57,516 bases of DNA from contig JAQGDQ010002417.1 of assembly GCA_030141605.1 (NCBI GenBank), positions 1 through 57,516 on the forward strand, in the 5' to 3' direction. The translations under genes and the position numbers were made by a program. The notes below the pieces were generated by a model. The model ran no database searches, was not told the origin of the DNA, and worked only from the letters and a program-made list of their open reading frames with translations. Positions 29,855-40,705 of this stretch are shown piece by piece (position 1 is the first letter of the stretch; the number at the start of each line of letters is the position of its first letter). This stretch comes from Tubiluchus corallicola (taxonomy: Eukaryota; Animalia; Priapulida).

Positions 29855-30257
29855 AACACATAGGATATAAGCCGAATTCTGTATGCCTAAATTAATTAGA
29901 CAGTTTATCATTTATCTAGTGTCAACATTGCTGTTGGCATCAAGCAACTTACCCTTTCTGCCTTTTCATTGTGAAAATTGAGCGAGCAACTCTTCGTCTG
30001 TTAATTACCAGAAGGCAGAATTTACTTAGTCTTGCAACCCGTAAGGTTTACCCTGCCTTAAATGTTACCATTTAAGCGGTGAGCTCTTACCTCGCCTTTT
30101 CACCCTTACCCATTTTCATGGGCGGTATATTTTCTGCGGCACTTTCTACCCTAATTAAATTAAGGTCTTTCCGTTAAAAAGTACGGTGCTCTATGTTGTT
30201 CGGACTTTCCTCTTTTGCTATAATTAAATAGAAAAAGCGATAAACATCCTATGTATT
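29855..30257 (-). ncRNA. rnpB: RNase P RNA
   Basis: Minus strand has GAGGAAAGTCCGAAC near the 5' end (about 30198-30212) and ACAGAATTCGGCTTA near the 3' end (about 29868-29882). The ends pair as P1 (ACATAGGAT/ATCCTATGT). Confidence 0.93.
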
Positions 30258-30291
30258 TGCTTTAAGTTTTGACAACAAAAAATTTAGTTGT

Positions 30292-31075
30292 TTATTTCTT
30301 TTTTGTGCTTTTTGTGCTTTTCGTAGTTTTTCTTCTTGTTCTCGTTGGTTTTGGTTGCTCTTCTACTTCCACCTGATAAAATATCCTTCCACAATGCTCA
30401 CAAACAACTATTTTTTTTCTTTCTTCTACTTCAACAATTCTTTGAGGAGGCACAATGTTAAAGCAACCTCCGCAAGCGTGCCTTTGCACGTTTACTATTG
30501 CCAACCCATTGTGAAAACTTTTTCGTATTTTATTATATGACTTCAATAAACGTTCATCCACTTTCTTTAACACATTTTCTCGCTTTACGTTCAATTTTTC
30601 TTCTTCTTCTTGGCTCTCTTCTGTTATAGAGTTCAATTCTCGTTTTTTCACTTCAAGGTCTTTTCTTTTCTCTTGATGCTGTGCTTGTGTTTCTTCTAAT
30701 TCTTTTCTTTCTTCTAAATCAAGATAAAATTTTTTATTTTTTGTCACAGGCTTGTATTTCTAATTGTTGAAATTCCAACTCTTTTGTTATTGCGTCATAT
30801 TCTCTGTTATTTCTAACAGACAACTGTTGTTCCTCATATTTCTTTATTAGTTTTTCAGCGGTTTTGATGGCATTTTTTTGCGTTTCAATTTCACCTTCAA
30901 CATCTTGTATGACAGCTCCGTAGTTTGAAATTCTTGTTTCAAATCCTATCACTTCATCTTCTAAATCTTTTACTTCGTCAGGCAATGCTCCGCGAATTTC
31001 TACAAGCCTGTCTATTTCAACATCTATGGCTTGTAATTTGGCTAATACTTCAAGTTTTTGGGTTATATTTTCCAT
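30292..31075 (-). CDS. C4-type zinc ribbon coiled-coil protein (DUF164-like), frameshifted at homopolymers near 30730-30745
   Basis: N-half LQAIDVEID...NNREYDAITKE; C-half CGGC...CEHCGRI. Typical position downstream of nif3. Confidence 0.85.
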
Positions 31076-31081
31076 GTCTAT

Positions 31082-32178
31082 TTACAAATAATATTGTATT
31101 GGGTTAGTATTTATGGTTGATAAATAAGTTGCAAACTTACAATTTTTTTTCTTTATGATATCTGAAATTAGGTTTTTCGTGAATATTTCACTCTCATAAT
31201 GCCCTATGTCTATTATCAAAATTTTCTTTTCGGCTTTAAAAAACTCATGATATTTTATATCTGCTGATATAAAAACATCTGCTTTCTGCTTTATAGCAGT
31301 GGGTATCAAAAAGCTACCCGAACCGCCACAAATTGCTATTTTGTTAACCTTTTTGTTTAATGTTTTGGTATGTTTGAAAACTTTCAAAGACATTGTACTT
31401 TTTAAATGTTCGAAGAAGGTTTCTTCATCCTGTTCTTGAGGTAGTTCTCCAACAATTCCCGCTCCTATTTCTTGATTCTGATTTTCCAAGCTACATAGAT
31501 AATATGCCACTTCTTGATATGGGTGGGCTTGTTTGAGGGTATATAAAATTTTGTTTTTTTGATGGCTTGCAAAAATTACTTCTATACGATCTTCTTCTAC
31601 CTCTTGCAACGTGTTTTTTTTGCCTATATAGGGATCTGTTTCCTCTCCGGGCAAAAAAGTTCCTGTTCCTCTTACTCTAAAGCTACAATTTTTATAATCG
31701 CCAATATTTCCTGCTCCTGCCTCATGTAATGCATCTAATAAACTCATTGTGTGTTTTTTAGGGACAAAAGTTGTGAGCTTAAAAAGAGAATTATGTACTG
31801 GGGCTAATATTTTTCTATTAGAAAGTCCTATTATATCAGCTATTTTATTATTCACTCCAAAGGAAGCATTATCTAAATTGGTGTGTATCGCATATATTGC
31901 GATGCTATTTTTTATCGCTGACATCACTATTCTTCCTTCCTCATTAACATTTGTTATTCGTCGTACTTTTCCAAATATTATAGGATGATGTGCTATTATT
32001 AGTTTTTTTTATTAACAGCTTCTTTGACAACTTCTTCTGTTACATCTAAAGTTATCAATACTCCTGTTAAAATAGTTTCGCTGTTTCCTACAAGTAACCC
32101 ACAATTGTCATATTCTTCTTGATAGTCCAAAGGTACTTGCTGTTCTAAAAATTCAATAATATCTTTTACCTTTGTCAT
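31082..32178 (-). CDS. Nif3-like dinuclear metal center hexameric protein, frameshifted in the A8 run at 32003-32010
   Basis: 5' part MTKVKDII...QEEYDNCGLLVG...AHHPIIF; 3' ORF has HTNLD, AHPYQEVAY and IGHYESE. -7 motif TAACTTTG at 32199-32206. Confidence 0.88.
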
Positions 32179-32236
32179 AAAACTTATTATAAGTGATACA
32201 AAGTTAAATAAATTATTGTTAATTTAGCACAAAAAT

Positions 32237-33313
32237 ATGTATTATTATTTAAAATTCATCTTACTTCCCTTTACTTTACTTTATGCTTTAGGCGTAAGCA
32301 TAAGAAATTTTTTATACGACACAAAGCTAAAACAATCATTTAAGTTTAAAACCTTTACCATCAGTATTGGAAATCTTGTTGTTGGAGGGAGCGGAAAAAC
32401 GCCTATGTGTGAGTATCTTATTCGTTTATTATCACAAAACCGCACCGTCTGCATGCTTAGCCGAGGATATAAGCGAAAAACTAAAGGCTTCAAAATGGCT
32501 ACTTCAAGCGACAATGCACTTTCTATTGGTGATGAGCCGTATCAAGTGTTTTTGAAGTATGGCAAGCAAAAAGATAAACAAAAAAATGTTTACATAGCAG
32601 TAGGAGAAAACAGGGCTTCTGCCATTAAACAAATAGAAAAAAAGTATCCAAAAACCCAAGTTGCCATTTTGGATGATGCCTTTCAGCACCGAAGAATAGT
32701 ACCACATTGCAACATCTTATTGTCAAGTTATTACCGTCCTTTTTATGATGACTGGTTGCTGCCAATGGGAAGGTTAAGAGAAGGAAGAAAAAACGCTAAA
32801 AGAGCAGATATTATTATTGTTACAAAATGCCCCCCTACCATATCTAGCTCCGAAATGGGTGAGATTTATAAAAAAATAGAAGGTTATGTGAAAAAAGGAA
32901 CACAGGTTTTATTTGCTTACATAGAGTATTCTGAGCCCAAACCTTTTGCTACTACACAAATGTCTTTCTCTAAAAATGTTTTTTTGTTTACAGGAATAGC
33001 ACACTCCAGATCAATTAAAGATTTTGTATCTACAAAATATAACTTAATTGGAGAGAAGCATTTTTCAGATCACTTTTTTTATGCTGACAAACATATACAA
33101 AAAATAAAAACAGAGTTAGAAGCTCTCTCACACAAAAGCAAATGTATATTGACTACAGAAAAGGATATGGCAAGAATAGTTAATGTAATAGATTCGAAGC
33201 TATTGCAAACCCTTCCCTTATTTTATTTACCTATAAACATGAATTTCTTAAATAATCAAAATTCTTTTAATACCTTTGTGTGCTCAAAAGTGGAACAATA
33301 TTATAAATTGTGA
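32237..33313 (+). CDS. lpxK: Tetraacyldisaccharide 4'-kinase
   Basis: IGNLVVGGSGKTP, LSRGYKR, GDEP, LDDAFQHR and PMGRLRE. Confidence 0.95.
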   Translation: MYYYLKFILLPFTLLYALGVSIRNFLYDTKLKQSFKFKTFTISIGNLVVGGSGKTPMCEYLIRLLSQNRTVCMLSRGYKRKTKGFKMATSSDNALSIGDEPYQVFLKYGKQKDKQKNVYIAVGENRASAIKQIEKKYPKTQVAILDDAFQHRRIVPHCNILLSSYYRPFYDDWLLPMGRLREGRKNAKRADIIIVTKCPPTISSSEMGEIYKKIEGYVKKGTQVLFAYIEYSEPKPFATTQMSFSKNVFLFTGIAHSRSIKDFVSTKYNLIGEKHFSDHFFYADKHIQKIKTELEALSHKSKCILTTEKDMARIVNVIDSKLLQTLPLFYLPINMNFLNNQNSFNTFVCSKVEQYYKL

Positions 33314-35250
33314 GGAAACAAAGCATATATATAATAGTAATAATACTTGCAAGCTGCATGCATCCATCATTAGGGCAAAATATAGACGATGGAATGCCTC
33401 CAAACGAAGATGGTCAGTTAAAAGCAAGTCAAGAGAGGGGAGGAAGCTCTTTTTCAAATGATGAGAGCATTATTGAGTTAGATACATCTAAGGCAATACA
33501 TGGCTATAACACTACTTTTTATAGTACATATCAAAATTTTCTTTTTAATCGCGACACTTTATTTGCCTTAGACTCTACTATCGATAAAATCCACCTCTAT
33601 GAATTTGCAACACTTGGGCAAGACGGTAAAGCCAAAGATCTTACTAATTTTGGAACAGCAGTAAAACCAATATTCTATAGCATTCCCAAAGAAATTGGGT
33701 TTACGCCAGGATACAATGCCTATCAACCTTACTATTATGACAAATCTAATATCTTTTTTTATGACACTAAGTCGCCTTATAGTAAGATGGATGTAATAGT
33801 AGCAGGAAGAAACAGATATAAAACAGAGGTCTACCACTCTCAAAACATTAATCCATATTGGAACTTTGGGGCTAATATAAGATACCTTCTTTCTCGCAAA
33901 CAAATAGATTATGTAAGTCGCAGGGATTGGCAAGTAAACTCTTTAACCTACTACTTTAATACACATTATCAATCACCTAACGGAAGGTATACAGGACTTG
34001 CTTACATATCTAGAATTAATCATTGGGTGGCAGAAAATGGAGGTGGAGAATATTCTAATGATCAGAACATTATAGCCTTTTTTCAAAACAATTTATCTCC
34101 ACAAATTAAAGATGCTCATAGCCAAAATTATAGGTTAGATATTTTCACCTACCATGAATATAAGATATTTAAACCATTACAATACTTTTATGAATATCAA
34201 AATGAAACAAACAGATATTTTTTTGTTTACAACAGTTTATCAACTGATAAAGAGTATTTTAAGGACATTTTAATCAATCCTGACACAACAACCAATGCCT
34301 CCGAATGGAAAAGGCAAGTGCATACTTTTGGACAGAAGGGTGACATAGGACCTCTCTATTATAGAGGTTATTTTAAGTATCAAAATCACAAGTACACATA
34401 TAAATATATTCCTAATGACGAAAACATAAATGAAATTTTTCTGGGAGGAGATATCAATGTAACCTTTCATGAAAATCACATATTTAAAAGTAATATAGAG
34501 GTACTGCTCAATGACTTCAATTATAACCTCTCAGCTGATTATGTTAATAATCTTTTTAAGGTTTCTTTTAGATCTACTCAACACAAAATCCCTAATATTT
34601 ATCAAACATACTGGGGTAACCACTTTCAGTGGTATAATAATTTTTCATCCGAACAAGCTAACCTTATAAAAGGAGAAGTATATTTGAAGAAAAATGATCT
34701 TTTTCAAATAACTCCCTCTCTATCAATTCATAACATTAATAATCACATCTATTTTAATGAAGACGCTCTTCCCGAGCAAGCAAACGACCCTATACAGGTT
34801 ATAAATGCAGGAGGGAAGCTAAAGTTCAAATTGTGGAATTATATTCACCTCAACGCAGAAGTCATCTATTCAATGCTACTAGGAAGCGAAAATGCAACGC
34901 GAAGTATTCCAATGCCAAAAATATTCGTTAATTCAAGTGCATGTTATAAAAGAGATTTCTTTGATGGAAAGATAAATTTATTAGCCGGTATTGACATCCG
35001 CTACAATAGTGGCTATTATGCAGAAATGTACAACCCTGCTACTCAAAACTTCTATTTACAAAACTTTTTTGACGTGTTCGGCTATCCTATCATAGATATG
35101 TATGTTAATTTTAGAGTAGATAAAGTATCTATTTTCATAAAAGGAGAGCATATTAATGAAAGTAATAATGACGGCTACTTTACATTTCCTTTCTATGTGG
35201 GGCTGGGAACCAATGTTAGCGTAGGTATAAAGTGGTTACTATTCAATTAG
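33310..35250 (+). CDS. Putative outer-membrane porin (Bacteroidota)
   Basis: Signal peptide, FYDTKSPYS, aromatic beta-strand pattern and C-terminal VGIKWLLFN; usual neighbour of lpxK. Confidence 0.75.
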   Translation: MRKQSIYIIVIILASCMHPSLGQNIDDGMPPNEDGQLKASQERGGSSFSNDESIIELDTSKAIHGYNTTFYSTYQNFLFNRDTLFALDSTIDKIHLYEFATLGQDGKAKDLTNFGTAVKPIFYSIPKEIGFTPGYNAYQPYYYDKSNIFFYDTKSPYSKMDVIVAGRNRYKTEVYHSQNINPYWNFGANIRYLLSRKQIDYVSRRDWQVNSLTYYFNTHYQSPNGRYTGLAYISRINHWVAENGGGEYSNDQNIIAFFQNNLSPQIKDAHSQNYRLDIFTYHEYKIFKPLQYFYEYQNETNRYFFVYNSLSTDKEYFKDILINPDTTTNASEWKRQVHTFGQKGDIGPLYYRGYFKYQNHKYTYKYIPNDENINEIFLGGDINVTFHENHIFKSNIEVLLNDFNYNLSADYVNNLFKVSFRSTQHKIPNIYQTYWGNHFQWYNNFSSEQANLIKGEVYLKKNDLFQITPSLSIHNINNHIYFNEDALPEQANDPIQVINAGGKLKFKLWNYIHLNAEVIYSMLLGSENATRSIPMPKIFVNSSACYKRDFFDGKINLLAGIDIRYNSGYYAEMYNPATQNFYLQNFFDVFGYPIIDMYVNFRVDKVSIFIKGEHINESNNDGYFTFPFYVGLGTNVSVGIKWLLFN

Positions 35251-35260
35251 CAAAATAATA

Positions 35261-36996
35261 ATGAGTAAATTTAAATGGATATACGAACAACCTACCCAAT
35301 CTTCTAGCAGCTCACAAGGCCTGTTAGAGTATTTACGTAAACTCTACAATAATGACACATTAGCCGAAATAGGAAGAAAGTTATTAATACAAAAGGGAAT
35401 AAGCACAATACAGCAGGCAGAAAACTTTTTAAATCCACAGCTTAATAATACACATAACCCCTTTGAGCTAAAAGACATGAAAAAGTCTATTGTTAGGATT
35501 AATGAAGCAATAAAAAAACATGAAAAAATACTTATTTATGGCGACTACGACGCTGATGGCATTACAGCTACCGCTCTGTTGTTTAACTTTCTAAGCAAAT
35601 CCCTTAATTACCGCACTGATTTATTCTATTACGTTCCCAATAGGTTTAAAGAAGGCTACGGGATGTCCAAATATGGAATAGACTTTGCCATTAAGAAAAA
35701 AGTAACCCTAATCATTACGGTTGACTGCGGAATAAAAGATTTCAAGACGATTGAGTATGCCAATGAAAATAAAATTAACGTCATTGTTACAGATCATCAC
35801 ACAGTAGAAAAAAAATTACCAAACGCATTTTCTATCATTAACCCCAAACAAAAAACTTGCAAATACCCTTTTAAAGAGCTTACAGGCTGTGGGGTGGCAT
35901 TCAAGCTCATTCAAGCAATGACTCTTTTCTACCACTTCAATCCAGACGGGTTGTTAGACTATCTTGATATGGTCGCAATTAGTATTTGTGCTGACATTGT
36001 CCCTATTGCAGGAGAAAACAGGATATTAACCTATTATGGATTAAAAAAAATTAACCACTCACCAAACATAGGACTACAAGCACTACTCAACAATAAAAAA
36101 TATATGTTGGGAAACATTCTAACATCCGATATAGCTTTTAGCATCGTGCCTTTGCTGAACGCAACAGGACGAATGGAAGACAAAAACAGCATAAAACTGC
36201 TGTTGTGCAATACACTAAATGAAGCTAACAAAATAGCTAAAACAATACATCAACACAACGACAACAGAAAAAAAATAGAAGAACAAATTTCACAACAAGC
36301 ATTTACTACAATAGAGCAGCAAGATAAACTATCCACTAAGTCCATCATCCTACACGATGACAACTGGCACCAAGGCGTGATAGGCATAGTTGCCTCAAAG
36401 TGTGTGAAAAAATATAACAAACCAGCAGTCATACTCACTTCTGATGCAAAAAAATTACAGGCTCCGCACGCTCAATAGAGCCAATAGATATTCATCACAT
36501 CATAACACAGTGCCGCGGCCTGTTATTAAAATTTGGAGGCCATAAAAATGCAGCAGGACTATCATTAAAGACAGAAAATATCGCCCCATTCAAAAAAAAA
36601 TTTGAAACAACACTCTGTAATTTAAATTACTCCAAAACGCCCCCAACACTAAAAATAAGTGAAAAAATAAAAATAGATTTTATCAATGAAAACACCTATA
36701 ATTTTTTAAGTCAATTAGAACCATTTGGATTTACCAATGAAAACCCTATCTTTGTACTCAAAAATTTAACCCTTGCGGGTAATATTATTGTAATAAAGGA
36801 AAAGCATTTAAAATTTTTTGTTAAACAAAATAATAATGACAAAATAATAAAAGTACTTGCTTTCGGCATGACTGAACTTATTGAGTTCCTAAACAAAAAA
36901 AAGACATTTAGTATGGCTTTTTTCATAAAAAAGGATTTTTTTATGAAAAACAAAAAATTATATTTAGAAGCAAAAGATTTTCAGTTTGAACAATAA
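35261..36996 (+). CDS. recJ: Single-stranded-DNA exonuclease RecJ, frameshifted in A7 run 36448-36454
   Basis: YGDYDADG, TVDCG and TDHH; after the frameshift GSARS, FGGHKNAAG and LEPFG, with stop at 36994-36996. Confidence 0.92.
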
Positions 36997-37006
36997 ATAA
37001 AGAGCA

Positions 37007-37738
37007 ATGATATTAAGAGCCAATAACTTAGTAAAAACATATAAAAGAAGAACCGTTGTAAACAATGTCAACGTACAAGTGGAGCAAAGAGAAATAGTAG
37101 GACTCTTAGGCCCTAATGGCGCAGGGAAGACCACCACCTTCTATATGATTGTTGGTCTAATTCCTCCCAATAAAGGAGAAATATTTTTAAATGACAAAAA
37201 TATTACAAAAATGCCAATGTACTTAAGGGCAAGAAATGGCATAGGATATCTACCGCAAGAAGCCTCCGTTTTTAGAAAGCTCACTGTAGAAGAAAACATA
37301 AAAGCTGTGTTGGAAATGACCAAGCTATCAAAAAAAGAGCAAAATAAAAAAATGAATGAACTCATTGCTGAGTTTCATCTAGAACATGTAAGAAAAAACT
37401 ATGGCATGTTATTGTCTGGAGGAGAGCGGCGACGAACAGAGATAGCAAGAGCATTGGCAATCAATCCCAAATTTATACTTTTGGACGAGCCATTTGCAGG
37501 GGTAGACCCCATTGCCGTAGAAGAGATTCAAACTATTGTGGCAAAATTAAAACATAAAAATATTGGCGTACTAATAACAGACCACAATGTGACCGAAACC
37601 CTATCTATTACAGATAGAGCTTACTTAATGTTTGAAGGTAAGCTACTTAAAACTGGTACTGCCGAAGAATTAGCAGCCGACGAACAAGTGAGAAAAGTAT
37701 ATCTTGGGCAAAACTTTAAACTGAAAGAGAAAGTATAA
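37007..37738 (+). CDS. lptB: LPS export ABC transporter ATP-binding protein
   Basis: [41 protein letters not shown] and ITDHNV. Confidence 0.96.
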   Translation: MILRANNLVKTYKRRTVVNNVNVQVEQREIVGLLGPNGAGKTTTFYMIVGLIPPNKGEIFLNDKNITKMPMYLRARNGIGYLPQEASVFRKLTVEENIKAVLEMTKLSKKEQNKKMNELIAEFHLEHVRKNYGMLLSGGERRRTEIARALAINPKFILLDEPFAGVDPIAVEEIQTIVAKLKHKNIGVLITDHNVTETLSITDRAYLMFEGKLLKTGTAEELAADEQVRKVYLGQNFKLKEKV

Positions 37739-37742
37739 ACAA

Positions 37743-39278
37743 ATGTTCTTTTTACCAAAGATTCTTAAAAATACATTTATCAGAAGAATGCCTGAAATAG
37801 AGTATAGTATTAACTCTCCGTTTGAGGTACAAGAAAAAACATTGGCATCGTTAATTTCACAAGCACGTAACACTTACTTTGGAGGAAAATACGGCTTTAA
37901 AGAAATAAAAAACTATGACCAATTTTGCCAACGAGTTCCCATTAACACATATGAGGAGTTCTACCCCTACATAGAAAAAATGCTAAAAGGAGAGCAAAAC
38001 ATTACATGGCACTCTAACATCTCTTGGTTTGCAAAGTCATCAGGTACCACAAATAACCAAAGCAAATTTATCCCTGTATCAAAAGAAGCATTGATAAACT
38101 GTCATTATAAGGGCGGAAAAGACCTTATAACAATGTACTTTAACAACTATCCTGACTCAAAAATATTCCAAGGCAAAGGGTTAGTAATAGGTGGAAGTCA
38201 AAAAATAAATGCCTTTGACAAAACCCATCATTCAAGATATGGCGACATATCAGCTGTAATTGCTCAAAATCTTCCCTTTTGGGCAAAAATAGGCAAAGTG
38301 CCAAGTACAAAAATCACTCTTATGGAAGATTGGGAAGAAAAAATAGAAAAAATAGCACGTATCACATATAAAAAAAACATAACCAATATATACGGTGTTC
38401 CAACTTGGACAATAGTGCTACTTCAAAAAATACTAGAGCTTACAGGAAAAAACTGCATCCACGATGTATGGGAAAATCTAGAGTTATTTGTACATGGAGC
38501 AGTAGCCTTTGAACCTTATGAACCAATATTCCGCCAATTGACCTCCGCTTCTCGCATTCGTTATATAGAAACATACAATGCATCAGAGGGCTTTTTTGCC
38601 ATACAAGATCAAAAGAATTCCAAAGATATGCTACTGTTACTCAACCATGGCGTGTTTTACGAATTCATACCTGTAGAACACCTTGATAACAAGCAAGCTA
38701 AGGCTATCTGTTTAGACAAAGTAGAGCTAAACAAAAGTTACGCACTAGTAATTACTACTAATGCTGGACTATGGAGATACTTAATAGGTGATGTAGTCAA
38801 ATTCACATCAAAAAAACCATATAGAGTAAAAATTGTAGGCAGAACTAAACACTTCATGAATGCTTTTGGAGAAGAAGTAGTTATTGAAAATGCTGAAATT
38901 GCAATAAAAAAAGCATGTGAAAAAACCAACGCAACAATACACAACTTTACTGCTGCCCCGCAATATTTTTCCATGAACAACCATGGACTTCACGAATGGG
39001 TAATAGAATTTAAACAAAAGCCAAAAGACAAAGATCTTTTTATCAACGAATTAGATAAGACATTGCAAAATATTAATTCTGACTACCAAGCCAAGCGGTA
39101 TAAAGACATAATTTTAAAAAAACCAGTGATACACTTTGCAAAAGAATCAACTTTCTATCAATGGATGAAAAGCAAAAACAAGCTTGGAGGACAACATAAA
39201 GTGCCAAGATTAGCAAATACACGAGAATATATTGATGAAATTCTGAATTTTATGACAAAAGTTGTAAAAAATGATTAA
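37743..39278 (+). CDS. GH3 auxin-responsive family acyl-adenylate ligase-like protein
   Basis: FAKSSGTT, YNASEGF, GLWRYLIGD and GGQHKVPRL. Confidence 0.9.
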   Translation: MFFLPKILKNTFIRRMPEIEYSINSPFEVQEKTLASLISQARNTYFGGKYGFKEIKNYDQFCQRVPINTYEEFYPYIEKMLKGEQNITWHSNISWFAKSSGTTNNQSKFIPVSKEALINCHYKGGKDLITMYFNNYPDSKIFQGKGLVIGGSQKINAFDKTHHSRYGDISAVIAQNLPFWAKIGKVPSTKITLMEDWEEKIEKIARITYKKNITNIYGVPTWTIVLLQKILELTGKNCIHDVWENLELFVHGAVAFEPYEPIFRQLTSASRIRYIETYNASEGFFAIQDQKNSKDMLLLLNHGVFYEFIPVEHLDNKQAKAICLDKVELNKSYALVITTNAGLWRYLIGDVVKFTSKKPYRVKIVGRTKHFMNAFGEEVVIENAEIAIKKACEKTNATIHNFTAAPQYFSMNNHGLHEWVIEFKQKPKDKDLFINELDKTLQNINSDYQAKRYKDIILKKPVIHFAKESTFYQWMKSKNKLGGQHKVPRLANTREYIDEILNFMTKVVKND

Positions 39279-39325
39279 TTTTAAAAAAAAAATGTATATT
39301 TGAAGTAGTTAAAACAAATAAGACC

Positions 39326-40627
39326 ATGAAAAAAGTATGTGTTATTTCGCTAATGGTAGTTCTTTTCTTCAATTCTTTTGCTCAAAATAGCACAGACAAT
39401 GTATTTCCTCATCAAATCCAAGCTGGCGAAACAATGTATTTCATATCCCAACAATACAATGTTACTATTAACGATATTCTTTCCGCCAATCCAGAAATTA
39501 CAGCAGAAAATATGTACGTAGGGCAGACAATTAATATTCCCAGTCGCGACTTATTAATTCCCGAGCCATCATCTGAAACATCAAACGACAAGACAAAAAC
39601 CTTTAATTCTGAAAACGTTTCCAAAGGTGTTCATGTAGTGAAAGTAGGAGAAACATTATTTTCTATTTCAAAACTATATAGCATAAAACAAGAAAACTTA
39701 AAAGCACTAAACAACCTAACAAATACAAATATATATGCAGGACAAAAATTGCAAATTCCCTCTAAAAACAATAAAAAAATTGATGCCAGAACTTTAAAAG
39801 GTAACACACATGCTCATCACGTAATGAAAGGAGAAACATTATTTTCTATTTCAAAGCTCTATGGGGTATCAGTAGAGGAATTACAAGCATGGAACAACCT
39901 TAAAAATAACACCATTCATCAAAATCAAACATTGACAGTGTTTTCGTCAAACGCTCCCACAACACCGCCTTCATCTCACCAAAATAGAAAAACAAGCCAT
40001 TACTCGCCACCAGCAATAACAGGCACTCCGACACACAATAGAAATACAGCTTCTAATAATTACCAAAGTGCTTCATATAGCAACTACCAAAACACTCCCC
40101 CTCCTTCTCATGCTACTACAAATCGGCAAACCCAAACAACACCCCCTCCCTCTTCTTATCAAGTAAAAAATACAACTGCTCGGCAAACGCAGAGAGTCAA
40201 TGCCCTTCCTCCGACATCTCAACAAGTAGAAAAAACAACGACAGCTACAGCGGAAAAAAACAAAGAAAGCACTACCAAAACAAGCAACAACAAGCAACAC
40301 GGCAATTCTTTAATACCTGCAAACTACGACCCATTGCCTTTTGATAATCAAGAAAAAATGGAAACTGAAAGGGGAGTTGCAGTAGTATCAAATGAATTTC
40401 CTGGCAACCTCAAGTATGTAGGGTTACACAAAAGCTTACCCACGGGCACTGTGGTAAAAGTAAAAAATGACGCTAATGAAAACTCTGTATTCATACGGAT
40501 AGTTGGTACGCTTAGTGGCAGCAATGAGGCGCCTCCAAATACAATAATAGAAATTTCAAAAGCTGCGCAAGAACGGCTTAAAAGTAATGAAGAACAACTT
40601 GATGTAGAGATTACATATAGAGAATAA
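39326..40627 (+). CDS. Secreted LysM x3 peptidoglycan-binding protein with S/T/P/Q linker and C-terminal RlpA-like (DPBB) domain
   Basis: Three LysM repeats (GETMYFISQQY, and GETLFSISKLY twice); C-terminal LHKSLPTGTVVKVKN...IIEISKAA; -7 motif TATATTTG at 39295. Confidence 0.85.
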   Translation: MKKVCVISLMVVLFFNSFAQNSTDNVFPHQIQAGETMYFISQQYNVTINDILSANPEITAENMYVGQTINIPSRDLLIPEPSSETSNDKTKTFNSENVSKGVHVVKVGETLFSISKLYSIKQENLKALNNLTNTNIYAGQKLQIPSKNNKKIDARTLKGNTHAHHVMKGETLFSISKLYGVSVEELQAWNNLKNNTIHQNQTLTVFSSNAPTTPPSSHQNRKTSHYSPPAITGTPTHNRNTASNNYQSASYSNYQNTPPPSHATTNRQTQTTPPPSSYQVKNTTARQTQRVNALPPTSQQVEKTTTATAEKNKESTTKTSNNKQHGNSLIPANYDPLPFDNQEKMETERGVAVVSNEFPGNLKYVGLHKSLPTGTVVKVKNDANENSVFIRIVGTLSGSNEAPPNTIIEISKAAQERLKSNEEQLDVEITYRE

Positions 40628-40705
40628 AACGCTTGTTACCATTGATTTGCATTGTAAGCAATTAGTAACGTGAAATTAGTAAATTATAATTTAATTTAAT
40701 AGAAC

